From the NCBI GenBank assembly GCA_016748015.1, contig JAAOMT010000705.1, forward strand, positions 4,502 through 68,501: DNA of 64,000 bases. The letters run 5' to 3'. The first letter of the stretch is position 1. Each line of letters begins with the position of its first letter. A model generated the notes under the pieces. The model searched no databases. It was given only the letters and a program-made list of their open reading frames with translations, and had not been told where the DNA came from. This document shows, one piece after another, positions 13,540 through 26,640 of the stretch. Source of the DNA: Geosiphon pyriformis uo1. Its lineage: Eukaryota > Fungi > Glomeromycota. A program made the position numbers and the translations under genes.

Positions 13540-14450
13540 TTATTAATTATGAATTTTATAGTAAATTTTTAAATTATAAATTTGGTTATAATAAGTATTT
13601 TTATATTTATTTTGCTTTTTACTTTGGTTTTTGGTTTAAAATTAAAGTTAAATTCTTGTAATTTAAATGTTTTAAATGTTTTTATTAATAATTTTGTTAA
13701 AAATTTGTGCTTTTTTTCTGTAATTAATAATGTTGTTGTGTATTTTAAAAACATTATTAGTGATTTAAATATTAAATTTTATAATATAATATTAATTAAA
13801 ATTAAAATTACAACAATTACTTTGGTTTTAGATTGTATTTTTGTAAAATATTTACGTAATATTTTAATAAATAATTTGATTATAATTGTTATTTACAGTT
13901 TTATTAACTTTAACATATTTAAATCTATAAATTATTATTAAATAAAAAAATAATAAATAAATAATTTTAATAAATATAAAAGTTTTAATATAAATCAAAT
14001 TAAGTTAAAAAATATTTAATATGTTTAACAATAAAATTATTGATTATTTAATTAATATTACTTGTTTTTTAAATTATGTTTTATCTTTTAAAATTGGTAA
14101 CAGTTTTTTTATAGTTATAAAAATATAATTATTTTTAGTTATATTTATTACTTTTTGTATAATATATATTATATTATTTATATTAATTTAAATATTAGTT
14201 TAAATAATAATATAAATTAAAACAAAATTATTGGTCTTAAACTTATTATATAAAAGTATTTTATAATAAATTATTAATAATAAATTATAAAAAAGAATAA
14301 AATAGATAATTCTAATATTATTTATATTAAATATAGTATTTTTGAATTATATATTTATATATAATAAAAATGTTTTATTAAGCAAAAAAACTATTTTTTA
14401 AAATATTGGTTTATAATATAATAATTTAAATTATCTATTAAAATTTTAAA
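13540..14450 (-). mobile_element. Highly decayed Gypsy-family 5' fragment (gag-upstream ORF, possibly LTR) inserted in the LINE
   Basis: The reverse complement of 13600-13860 resembles the 35880-36250 region (KVTIALN / FKPKTKVKSK-type segment). The remainder is unresolvable. Confidence 0.4.
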
Positions 14451-15980
14451 ATATTGTATAATCTGTTTGTTTTAGTATTTTATTATTTTTTTTAAGTTTT
14501 TAAGATTAAACTATATTAATTACAAAAAATTTGATTTTTTTTTTGTAATAATATTAATTATATAATTTTTACTTTTTTGGTTTTTGTAAAATTGTAAATA
14601 AAATTGTTGTGTTTTTTAATAATCTTAAATTGGATATTAATATATAGATTTTTAGTTTGGCTTTGTTAACATATGCTGAATTGCAAGCTATTTTGTTAAT
14701 TTTTAAATGCATATTTCTATTTAGTATAATTAATATTTATTTAAATAGTTAGATAATACTTGACACTTGTGTTTTAGAATATAATTTGCTTAGACTTGAT
14801 GTTTACAATAGTTGTTAAATTAAAAAAAAGCAGATTTATAATTTTATATATAATAAAGATATTAGTATAAAGTAAACTAAGATCAAAAGTTACTTAAATA
14901 TATTAAGTAATATAATTACAGATAAGTTATCGGATATTGTTATTATTTTTATTTATTTTTAGTTTTAATTGATAAAAATTATTTTAAGCAAATAGTATAG
15001 CTATTTTGAACAATACTTATTATTTTATTTGTTAAATCTATTAATTAATTAAATATACTAGATAAAAAACTGATAACTATATTAATATAGTTCTTTATAA
15101 TATAATTATAAAAATTATTTAATATTATATATCTATATATTATAATTAAATTGTATATAAGTTTCGGCTTTATTAACAGATTTACAATTAATTTGTATAT
15201 ATATTTTATAAAAACTGTTTATAAACAACTTTTTATTATTGTTTAGAAATAATTATATAATAAGTAATATCTTAAAATAATTTGTTTTTATTATAAAAAA
15301 ATTAAATTCTTAGATTATATTTTTATATATAAGTTTAATATTAGTATTTAATTAAAATTATTAAAAGATTTGTTGAAATTTTGGCTTTTTTGTTTAAATA
15401 TTTTGGTTTTTTGTTTTTCTATAATACAATTTTTAAATTCAGATATTTTAAACAGCTTAATTTATATGGTTTTGTGTAAAGATATAGTCTTTAATAATTA
15501 ATATGTTAATATATTAACAGTTTTTAAAAATATTAAATCAGTTTAAATATCTGTAATTATATTTGTTTATTATTTGATAAAAAATTATCAAAAAAATATT
15601 TATTATATAAATTTAAATATAGAATAATAATAAAAAAAAGTGGTTTAGTAAATAATATATATTCTGTTTTATATGATTTAATAACAAATTTGTTAAATAA
15701 AGTTATTTAGTTAATAAATATTAATAAAGTTTTTATTGTTAACTTTAAATTATGTAATTAATATATATATTTTTCTGATTTGAGTAATTATATTAATATG
15801 GTGCTAAATATATAGTATAGTTTTAATTGGTTTAAATAGTTAGTTATATATATTAAGAATATAAATTATACTTAGTTGTAAATTTTTAATTTGTTTATAT
15901 ATATTAAATAATAATTAGACTATAAATAAACATTTTTAAAATTTTAATTTTTTTTTATATAACAAGTTTTTATTAATAAA
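14450..15980 (+). mobile_element. Oldest LINE copy, segment 4 (RNase H, CCHC finger, 3' UTR)
   Basis: LTYAELQAIL, YLNS.IILDTC, KIKSYLNILSN...D (RNase H); CFYYKKIKFLDYIF (finger). The stop and family 3' UTR are at about 15815-15980. Confidence 0.75.
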
Positions 15981-15999
15981 CAAAAACTTTTTAAGTATT

Positions 16000-16775
16000 T
16001 TTTCAAATATATTTAAAAATTATATTAATTAGCTATTTAATTTACTATCTGTTTTTTTATTTTAATAATTGTTTTTTAATTTTAAAAAAAATATATATAT
16101 CTATTATATTAATTATTATAATCTAATTTTTAATAAATAATATTTGGATAACTAATTATTTAATAATTATAAAAAATATTAAAAATATTTTAAATATTTT
16201 AATTTACAAAATAATTATTTATATTAATTAACAATATTTTAGTTTTAAAATAATATATTTTTTATATTTGATTTTTGTTGATTATTAAAGTTAATATTAT
16301 TGTAATAAACAATAAATTAAATTATTTATAATATTTTTTAAATTTAATATTATGTACAAATTAATTGTGTTTTATTGGTTTATAAAATATATAGTTTATT
16401 TTTTAATATTTTGTTTATAACAAAAAGTTTTTTTTAATAATTAAAAAACTTATTTATATATATTGTTTTTATTTTTGTTTTTATTAATAAAGTTGTTATT
16501 TTTTAAAATAAACAAAAAGATTAATAACTTATAATTTTATAATTTATATTTTTATATACAAATAAAACTAATAACAATAAGTTGATTTTTTGTTAATTTT
16601 AATTAAAACTTTATACAATATTATATTATATTATTTTATTAAATTATTTGTTTATAAATAGTATAAAAAAAAATTTATAATATATTTTTAATTTTTTATA
16701 AATATTTAATAAATTTGTTAAAAATAGTTTTTGTTTATCAAATTAAAGTTTTTAGTGTATTTATAATAACATAAT
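16000..16775 (-). pseudogene. Gypsy integrase core C-part (continuation of the integrase broken at 23024)
   Basis: Minus strand reads decayed ICRHGCP..L.SD, QTNGLVE.FN.TLC..L.K and VLFAY. Confidence 0.6.
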
Positions 16776-16778
16776 AAT

Positions 16779-19700
16779 TTGAGAACATAAAAAACTTGTT
16801 TTTTGTCTATTCTAATAATTATTAAAGAATTAAATTTTGATAAAAAAGTTTTTTCTAGTTTTTTTTTAATTATTCAATTTGATATATTTAAACTATTTTT
16901 GCTTAAATATAAAGCTGTTGTTAGTCTTAGTACTGTTATCATAAGAAAAACTGTTAGAAACTCTAGTTTTAGTGTTGCTAATAAGAATATTTTTTCCAGA
17001 AAAAAGAGAAAAGAAAGAGTTTTGGAGGATAATATTGTTAGCAGAAACAATTTTACTAAAAAAGTAAATAAGAATTTTTGGAGTTTTAAAGCTGGTAATA
17101 CTACTAAATCTAATAGTATTAATATAAAGAAGAAGTTTTTGGTAGAAAAAACTAGTATTAACTATAATAATAGAAATGTTTTCAATTAAAAAAGCTTTGG
17201 AAATACTATTAGAAAAAATTAATTTCTTGAATAGTAATAATAGTAATATTTTGTCAGATATTTTTCTAGTTTTTTTATTTTCTTTGAAAAATTTGGTTAA
17301 TGTATCTGTTAAAAAGTTTTTTACTCTAAATATTGACTTGAATAAAATCATTAAAAAGTTGTCTTAAGATAAATTTATAGTAATTAGAAAATTATTCTCA
17401 AAAATTAATAGTTTTAAAAAAGTCTTTATTTTCTTGAAATTTACTAAAATTATTTATACATCATTTATATTTAAATTAAGCTTAATATAAATAACAAAAA
17501 AGACAAAAATTCCAAATATTTTAATAAATACCAATTAAAAAAAATTACCAATACATTCAAATTAGAATAATAAAAAAATTCCAATTAAAACATTAACTAA
17601 AACTGTATATGTTGTATTGTTCAAATTTGGCAAAATTAAGTCAATCAAAATACAATTGGTAAGACTGTAGCAAAAGATTGTAATTGAATTTAATCAATTA
17701 AATCATGTTAATTTGGTCATAAATAAATAGTCTGTTTTGATTAGAAAAAATATAATGTATGTAGTTAGAGCTAATATGAACAAAAATTATAAGATACAAA
17801 AAACTACAATAGAATACTGTTTTATATACTATTAATAAGCATTAATCCTTATGATATTTGAAATTTTATTAAATCCATAAATAAGAAAACATGTGTTATT
17901 GATTATTATCTAATTATATATACCTGTGTTAAATGTACAATTGTTTGTTTTAAGTTTGTTAAGTTATTAGATATTGTTATAAAAATTATATTAATACTAA
18001 AAAACATTAATCTATATTGGTTTGTTTAAATTTAACCAAATATGCCAAGTATAAGAACTTAAGTTATATGTTATTAAACTATACTATAAGTAAGAAAACT
18101 TTTTCTGGTAGTTTATTTTATAAGATCTTATCAAAAGCAAATAAAAACAGATTGATAGTTATTTATGTTAAATGTTCAACTTTTATTGTTTATTTTGTTT
18201 TTTTTAATAATATTTTTTAGACAAAAGTTGTTGGTAAGTCTTTATTTTTTTTTTTTTTTATGTGTAATAATTCCTTAAGTTTTGATTACTCTTTGAAAGT
18301 AAAGTTTTTTCCACTTGTATTAAAAGAATAAATATTAAGTTTGCTGTTTTTGAGCACAGTTTTGCTAATTTTACAGAATAAGTTAACAAACTAACTAAAA
18401 AATTAGATGTATTTAGACCAAATATTTCTTTGCTTAATTTTAAATATTAATTATTAGTAATCTTTTTATTATAAAATTAAGAGATGAATACAATAATAAG
18501 TAAAAATTTAAGTACAGCCATTAATAGTAAAATTGTTGTAAAAACAATATTTTTAGATCAATTTATTATTTCAAAATTGAAAAAAACATGAAAAATTTGT
18601 TAGTTATAGTAATAGGTGTATTGGTCAAAATAAACAATAATGGTTTAAGTTTGATTATTTCTTTTCAACAATAACTAATTTGGTTTGAAAAATTGTAATA
18701 TGTAATGTTTAAGATATTAATATTTTTGCTAAACAAGAAAATATTGTTTATTAACACATAAATTTAGATAATTTAATTTTTATTATTACAAAGACTAAAT
18801 TAAGATCTAGTATTAAATTATAGATTATGAATAAGTTTAATAGTATCTGTATTTTCATATCTGGTTTGGATAATAGTTTTCTTGGGGCTAGTATGGCAAT
18901 TATTATGAATAGTTTTTTGGCTTATTATGTCTTAAAAATTAATAAAATTTTAAACAAAATTATTTTGATTTAACTTTTGTTTAAGAATAAGCTCTTAGTT
19001 ATAGTTTTAAAGTTGTATATTAATGTTTTTGCTAAGATTAAATTTGGACAAGTGTTATAAATCAATTTTTTTTATTGCCAAAACAGTTAATTTTAATACT
19101 ATTATAGTTTTAAACAGAAATCTTATTAAAAATAGATTTAAAAAAAGTACAAGTTTCAAATTTTACTTGAATATAAATTTAGTTAATTAATTTAATGAAC
19201 ATCTGTTGATAAAAATTTCTACTTAAAGCAATTTTAAAAGTATTAAAAAAATAATAAATTTTGTGTTTGTAAATAAAAACTTGGCTTTTGTAGTTACAGA
19301 CCACAAAATTAATAGTGTGTCTGAGTTTTTTAATATAAATCACAAGACAGTCTTAGTTTTAGTTGGTTTAGGTGACTTTTTAAATGTTTGTCTTAATAGC
19401 ATTTATAAATAGACCAATAAAAATCAATAGAAGTTTAAGATAAAAAATACAGATAAAATTAAATAAATAAGATTTAAAAAGTGTTTTTTACTAAACTGTT
19501 AGTAGTATTGAATATATTTAAAAAAAAAATTGTAGTATTTTAAAAACAATATAAAAAATATTAAGAAAAATTAAGATATATTTTGACAATATAGTGTTTT
19601 TTAAACATTGGTATAGTAAATATAATTGTTTAAAAAACAAATAATTATTGAAATTTTTTAAATTAGAGCTGTTTAGTGTTAAAATTATAAAGAAATTAAA

Positions 19701-20680
19701 TTCAAAATTTTTTTTAAAATTTAGATGTCTTGTTAAAATTTGGTTGATTGTTAATTATATTAAGATTTCTAAAGTTATTAATATAATTTAAAATAGTATA
19801 AATCAAAAAATATTATTAAATATTTGTTAATAGTTAAGAAAAAATATTGGAAATCTAAGTATTATAAGTCAAAAACATCAAAAAATATAACAATTAAAAA
19901 AATAATTAAACAGAATATGAAAAATTTTTGCTTTAATAAAAAACAAATAATAAAAAGTATTTTAAAATGGCTTTTTTGTAAAGTTGTTTTAAATTACTTG
20001 GTAATTAAAGAAAAATTAGTTATAAAACCTAATAAAATAAAACTTAAGATTAATAAAATTATAAAAAAATAAACAAAAAAGAAATTTGTGTTTTCAAAAA
20101 TGCCTGATTTTTAGTTTTATCAATATTTGCTTTTAAACTATGTAAATAACAGTGTATTTTTTGGTATAATAAAGAAAATTAACATAGAAAAATTTGTTTT
20201 AATAGTTAATAGTTTGTCTAATAATAAGACTGCTAAGTTGTTTTGTATTTTAAATAAACTTTAGAAGCATTATAGTAAAGTTATTTTAAAATGTTTTTTA
20301 AGTTTGTTAAATTTTTGTTTGGTTTCAAACAATATTCTAGTTTCTTAAAAAAAAGTATAAGTTTTAATAATTTTTACGTCTTATGAATAAAATAGTATTT
20401 TAATAAACATTTAACTTATTGTGTTAATTAAAACAACAAAAAAATTTTTATTTAAAATTTTCTTTAATCAAAATGCTTTTATATATAGCAAAATTTAATG
20501 TTTTTTATGGTAATAACTTTTCAATATTAAAAGATATCTCAATTTAGTCTTCCATTTTTGCTATTAGATTAGTTGTTGAAAATGCTCTGAAAAAAATAAA
20601 GAGCTTTGGTTGGTTTTATAGAATATGTACAAAGCTTATAATTTGATAGAATAGCATTATTTAAAGACTAGTTTGCACTA
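16779..20680 (+). mobile_element. LINE 5' half (5' UTR, ORF1 about 16910-18673, ORF2 endonuclease and N-half of RT), ends at inversion breakpoint
   Basis: ORFs 16803-17367 and 18017-18220 are ORF1-like; 19824-20072 is the ORF2 linker. It ends at WLVL.NMYKAYNLIE.HYLKTSLH. Candidate TSD aataacata (16765-16773) matches the reverse complement at 23016-23024. Confidence 0.85.
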
Positions 20681-20681
20681 T

Positions 20682-20749
20682 TTTTCTATTAGCTTATTTT
20701 TATAATCTGTTCTTATATTTTTTTTTGTATTTTTTTACTATAAGTAACA
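20682..20749 (-). repeat. First ~68 bp of a family-A solo LTR, displaced by the inversion
   Basis: The reverse complement begins TGTTACTTATAG...gctaatagaaaaatag, matching the start of LTR 32724 (tgttacttataa...ccaataagagaatag). Confidence 0.8.
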
Positions 20750-23024
20750 ATATCCAAGCTGTTAATTTAGTCATAAATAGAACCTTCAATATTAATACAA
20801 AGCTTATCTAATTAAGTAAATGTAACCTTAGAAAATTAAAAATATTTTTGCTAGAAATTCAGAAATGTATCAGTTTTTACAATGCTAAAAAAATAACAAT
20901 ACTACAAAGTATTAACAATAGCAATACTGCTAATAATAACAACAGTTTTAAAAACAAGATTTTTGCAATTGTTACTATTGTTAAAAATCTAGACATATTA
21001 TTAGAAACTGCTAAAAAAATGTTAGATTAAAATTAAAAAAACCAGTATTAATAATTACAATATTCCTAATTAAATAGAAGCCAATACTTTTTATTTCAAT
21101 ATTAACAGTTACAATACATATTACAACTATTTTATCAGTACTATTCAAATCTTTAAATTGCAGTTTTATCTAAACCACAATATTAAGTCCTAAAATACAA
21201 CAATTTTAGATCTTAAACTATTAATTATAATTAAAAATAAAAAAATATGACTAAAAATCTAATACAGTTAATCTTTAAATTATCTCAAAATCTTAATTGC
21301 TCACTATTATATATACTATTAGCAAGATATTTCAACCAAGCTTTATATTTTGGTTTTATTAAAACTCAAAATAATAGTAATATTATATTTTAAAAAAAAA
21401 GCTATAGTTAATATTATTGATTTTTTTTTTATAATAATATAACCACTATTAAAATAATTTCTTTAGCAATAATTACCAAAAGAAAACACTTGTAGTTATA
21501 TTTTTATTTGATTTTAACAGTCTGACCACTTTTAAACTTTTTATCAAAACTGCTATTAATTAAAACAAACTAATTACAACAATATATATTAATATTAAAA
21601 CAGAACTAATAAACATTAAATTAATTCTAAATAATAAATTAACTAGCAGCTTAATTACAAAACAACTCATAAATTTATTAAGTTATTAAGTAAATTGTGT
21701 TATTACTATTAAAATAATTATTACAAATAATAATATCAAAATACTAATTGGAAAAATTGATAATTTTTTTTTGAAATAAATAGAATTTAAATTTTTACTA
21801 AAGTACTTATCATAAAAGCTATTTAGTATTAAGCATTTATAGATAATAATTGATTAATAAAAATCTATATTATATTTGACTAAAACATTCAAAAATTACA
21901 GAATATATTTAATAGACAATATATTTGAATATCTATTATATATAAATATATCAAAACAGTTGTTTCAAAGCAACTTTTAATTAAATTCGGAAAATTCATA
22001 TCATAATTGATTTTAAAAACTTATCAAGTTTCTTGAACCAACAATTTTAAAATAAAATTACTACTACTGTTTTTATAGAAAAAAAAAGACAAAAAATAAG
22101 CTGATAAAAAACTCTAAACATTAATTTCAAACTATTTACTTTTAAATCAAAGAAGTTAACTATATAAATTATTAAAATATATTTGTATTGATTATAAAAA
22201 AAATTATTTTCAATAGATATATGTGCTAAAGATAATAAATTATAGTTAATTGTTACTTAATATTACTGCTGTTTGTGTATATTAAAATAATTTAAATATT
22301 TAGCTTATTAAAACAAGTAAAATTTTATGTTCTGTTTTATTTATAATAAAGTTTTATTAAATAAAAATGTTATAATTAAAAAAATATACACTATTAAAAA
22401 AATAATAATAACAATAAAAAAATAAATAATTTGTTTACTAATAACTTTTAAATTTTTTAAAACCAATATTAAAAACTTATTTTTATTCATAAAAAACAAA
22501 AACAAAGATTGATTGATCTTAATACAAAACTGTATAATTATTATTTAATTTTTTGTTATTTTTTGTATTTTAATAAGTGTAATCTTATATTTAACTTATC
22601 TTTTTAAATATTTTATCAAATTGCTAAACTAAAAGAGTCTAAAAAAAATACAAAGTAAATATAAAAAACTTTCAATTTTAAAAGTCAAGTATAACTACTA
22701 AAATTAAACAATAAAAAAATATTTATTTAAACAATTTAATTTAATTTTTATTTAATTTACTAAAATTAATTAATAAAACCAAAAAATTCAAAAAAATTAG
22801 CTTATTATTATTGGTTTGTTTTATAAAAAACATTGTTAAATATATTAAAATCTGTAATTTGTTAAAAAAAATTCAATATAAAAAAAAACATTTATTTAAC
22901 AGAATTAAAATTAAAATTAATATCATTAAATTTTTAATAATAATTTTTAATAAAAAAAAAAATTATATTTAATTAAATAATAATTTTAATAACTAAATTT
23001 ATTTATAAAATATTATATGTTATT
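20750..23024 (+). mobile_element. Gypsy internal fragment (gag C-term, aspartic protease, Cys-rich region, integrase N-part; dUTPase/RT/RNase H absent), inverted relative to the rest of its element
   Basis: QAVNLVINRT at 20755. Protease IKLILNNKLTSSLITKQL (= LILDSGSAGSIIT) ...KILIGKIDNF at about 21610-21860. Integrase ..YYYW....KNIVKYIKICN and FIYKILYV at about 22800-23020. Confidence 0.75.
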
Positions 23025-25824
23025 TTTTTTATTACTATTTAATAAATAAAGCCTAACTACTATTTAGTACATAAAACTAAACTAAGTAGCTTAAACTAAA
23101 TATAACTTATGCTTTTACTACATATGACCAGTATTTAGACCAAACAAAACAATATTAAACATCTATATTAATATATATATTATTACTTAAACCAGAAAAA
23201 AAAAGATACAGTCTGCATTTAGCAAAATTAACTGCAAAAAATTTTATAATACCAAACAATCAAACTATTCTATTAAATAATATAAATACCATATTATAAA
23301 ATAAACCTAATAATATACTATTATTTCTGACCAACTTAGTTTTTTTTATATCTATCTTATATTTAGATTTTATAAGTTATATTTTAGTACAATATGATTT
23401 TACTAATTGTCTTACATACTTAACAATAGTAGAAGTAGTCTTTTTTTTCTTATTAAAAACTATAACAGCTTTTGTATACTAATTTTTTAACACAAATATT
23501 TTGCAAATAATTATATATAGACTTATATTTAAAAAACACCTGAAAAGCATTTGCAAAACAGCAGAAAAAAATAGACTACAAGTATTTACTAATAAATCTA
23601 CTGTTTAAAAACTTCTATTAAAATTTTTTCCTGAATACTATCATTTTTAATACAAATAAAAACATAGTTTGATAACTCTATTTCATTACACAGCAAATAC
23701 AGTACACTTTAATATGCTTTATTATATAATCTTTTTCTAAATGTTATTAAAAATTGTTTATATACTGTTTTTATTAAGTATATATACAGATTAACAGACT
23801 TTTTATCAGTAAATTCAAAAAGCATATGTAATTTAAAGTGCCAAACTTTTATAGTAACTAACTAATCCATTTTTTTAATCAACACACTTATAATTATATT
23901 ATAACTAAAGCCAGTTTTTTATTAAGCATGACAAATAAATCTGTACAAATTGCAAACAAAATGACTAGCATTATTAAATACAGCTGTGTTTTTAGTCATC
24001 ATAAAATGTTTATACATTTCAATTAACAAAAAAAAGAAGAGTAAACAATCTTATCATTATTATATTAGTTTTAATATTGTTTGAAATTCTTAAATAACTT
24101 TTAATCTTCATTTAACTAACAAAAAAATTCTGATTTCTAATTAAATTAGCAATATATTTTCTTTTTATTTAGCATTAATTATAAAAGTCTGGTGTAATAA
24201 ACAAAATTTTAGATATATATGTATTAATAGCAACTTGACTATCTAGATACAAGACTATTATACAGAAAAATAGAACATATTCTAAAAACAAAACAATAGT
24301 CTGTAATTTTAGCCATTATAGAAAACAAAAGTTTATATACTTCAATACCAATATTTATATTACAACTAGAAAATAAGCAGCCATTTTATTAGTAACATTA
24401 GTAAAATTAGCACATTTCAAAAATCTATTTATGTAAACTACAATAAAATCAGATCAAATCTTATGTAAACATTTCTGCACATTAAAAAACTCTTTAGAAT
24501 TCAGAATATTCAAGTCAAATAATTTATTAATATTGGCAGAATTAATCATTAAAAAACTTTTATTATACAAAAATTTTAATACCAGTTCGAACCAATAAGG
24601 CATAAAGTCTCTTAAATTCAATTTTTTTTATTAATAAAACATTTTTTAATTCATTATACTACTTTTTTTGTTCAGAAGTTTGTTACTAAATCTAATTTCA
24701 AACCACTTTAAAAAATAAACAGAATCATAATACATAGTCTTTTCTAAAATGTCTAATATCAAGTACTTACTAGAATTATAAAATGTATTGGGCAAATTAT
24801 TTATCAAAAATAAATTATTGTCCAAAAAGATTTTTACCATTTTAGCCAAAAAATTATTCACAGAACTAACATGTAACTTGACAAAAAACTGACAAAAATT
24901 CAAAAAAGCCTATTCTAAAATCTGCAAATTTAAGAATTAATAATCAAACAAACATATAAAAATACTTAAAGCATTAAAAAAATAATTTATAAAGCCAACT
25001 TTCTTTTAAATTGTACTTGATTAAAAGACTTTAAACTATATAAAGAGAAATAATACAAAGCTTTATTAAGAAAGCTTTATAGCAAATTAGTCTTAGTTTT
25101 GATACCTCTTTTGATTATTATATTCCACTTATAATATATATTTAATGAAACAAAACTAAACTACAACTAATAATTAATTATAAGTTGTAAAACAGTTAAC
25201 ACCAAATAAAAAAACTGCTTATTTATAATTGCTTTTTTAACACTATATTGGAAAAAAATTTGACATTAACATAAACTTAAACTATATTAAATTTAAAAAA
25301 ACTTTTAGTTAACAAAAATATTTTCAAGTACTTATGTAATTTACTCTTTTTAGCAATTAAAATAAACAAGCTACTAATTATTAACAAAACAATTTTAACA
25401 CTCTGGTTAATAGGGATAGCAATTGTTGTTTTATTATTAATTGAAATATTATTAATACCAAAAAACTTGTTAGTGATATTCAAAATATATTGTATTAAAG
25501 TTTGACTATTTTTAATTTAAATTGTGTTATTATTAAAAGTATTAAAAGCAAAAAATAATGTTTTTTTTTACTATCCTTAAATCTGCCAATCTTAGCCACA
25601 AATCTATTATTAATTTGGTATTTACACAAGTGTTTATGTTTTTTAACTTTATATAAAAAAAGATTATAGAAAATTCTTTAAAGAAAAAAAGAAAAAATTT
25701 CATTCTAATTTAATCTATTATGTACTTTATAATAATTTGAAAGCCTAAAATCAGTTATTATTTTATTGATCTTGTCTTCATATATGTTGTCAAAAAACTT
25801 AATAAACTGATTACATATCTTAAT
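23025..25824 (-). mobile_element. LINE 3' half (C-half of RT, RNase H, CCHC, 3' UTR), partner of 16779-20680
   Basis: Begins at IKICNQFIKFFDNI, the codons immediately following ...KTSLH in ORF2. ORFs 25277-25483 and 24646-24903 are ORF2-like. The 3' UTR is at 23030-23155. Confidence 0.85.
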
Positions 25825-25828
25825 AAAC

Positions 25829-26640
25829 TACTCAATATATAAGCATATTTTCGGTAAATTATAACATATTTTCAAAAATGTGCACATTTGCAAAAAATAA
25901 GCATGTTTTTAAAAAATTATGGCATATTGTTCAAAAATGAGTACAGTTTTAAAAAATAGCATAGAAAAAAGTAAGAATATATAAGATTTTGTATAACAAA
26001 AATTAGATATATATAGCAATAATATTAAAAGTAAAAAAAAATGAAAATAAATTTTTAGTTAATTAACAATAAATATTTATAATATTTTTTTTAAAAAAAT
26101 AGTTTTTAATAACTTGAAAAAAAATTATTCAAATATTAAATAAAATTATTATTTGATTATTCAATTTATGTCATTCTTTTCATTTGATTAAAATTGTTAT
26201 TTCCAATTTTATCAGCAACTTATGTTAATAATATTTACTATTTAATTACATTAAATCAATAACTATTGATTATAGCTATTAACAAAATACTAACTTCTTA
26301 TTTCTTTTCTTTTTCTTTTCTTTTTTTATTTTTTATTTATTTATTTTTTTTGTTGTTTACTAATTAATTAAAAAATTAAGCACTAAATATTGATGTCAAG
26401 AATAGCCTGATAAAAAAACTGTAAAACAAGAGTGAAAATATAAAAATAACTTACTTAAAAGACATAATTTTCAGATTAAACCAATTTCTATACTAAAAAA
26501 AAATTTAAAAAAACAACTATTAAATAAATCTTTGTCTATTATATATAAAATTTAATTAAAACTTTAAGATCTGAAAACTTTTAAAACTCAACTTTAGAGT
26601 TTGTTATTTATTCTAACATCTCAAATAATTATCTGTAATA
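25829..26640 (+). repeat. Remainder of the family-A solo LTR
   Basis: Ends ctcaaataattatctgtaata (TAACA decayed), colinear with 32724-33531. 4-bp TSD gtgt (26641-44) versus atat (G>A-decayed) at 20750-53. Confidence 0.8.

Noticed and set aside
16779-25824. Twin-priming 5' inversion of the LINE
   Set aside because: The inverted block includes 2.3 kb of flanking Gypsy and part of an LTR, so it post-dates insertion.
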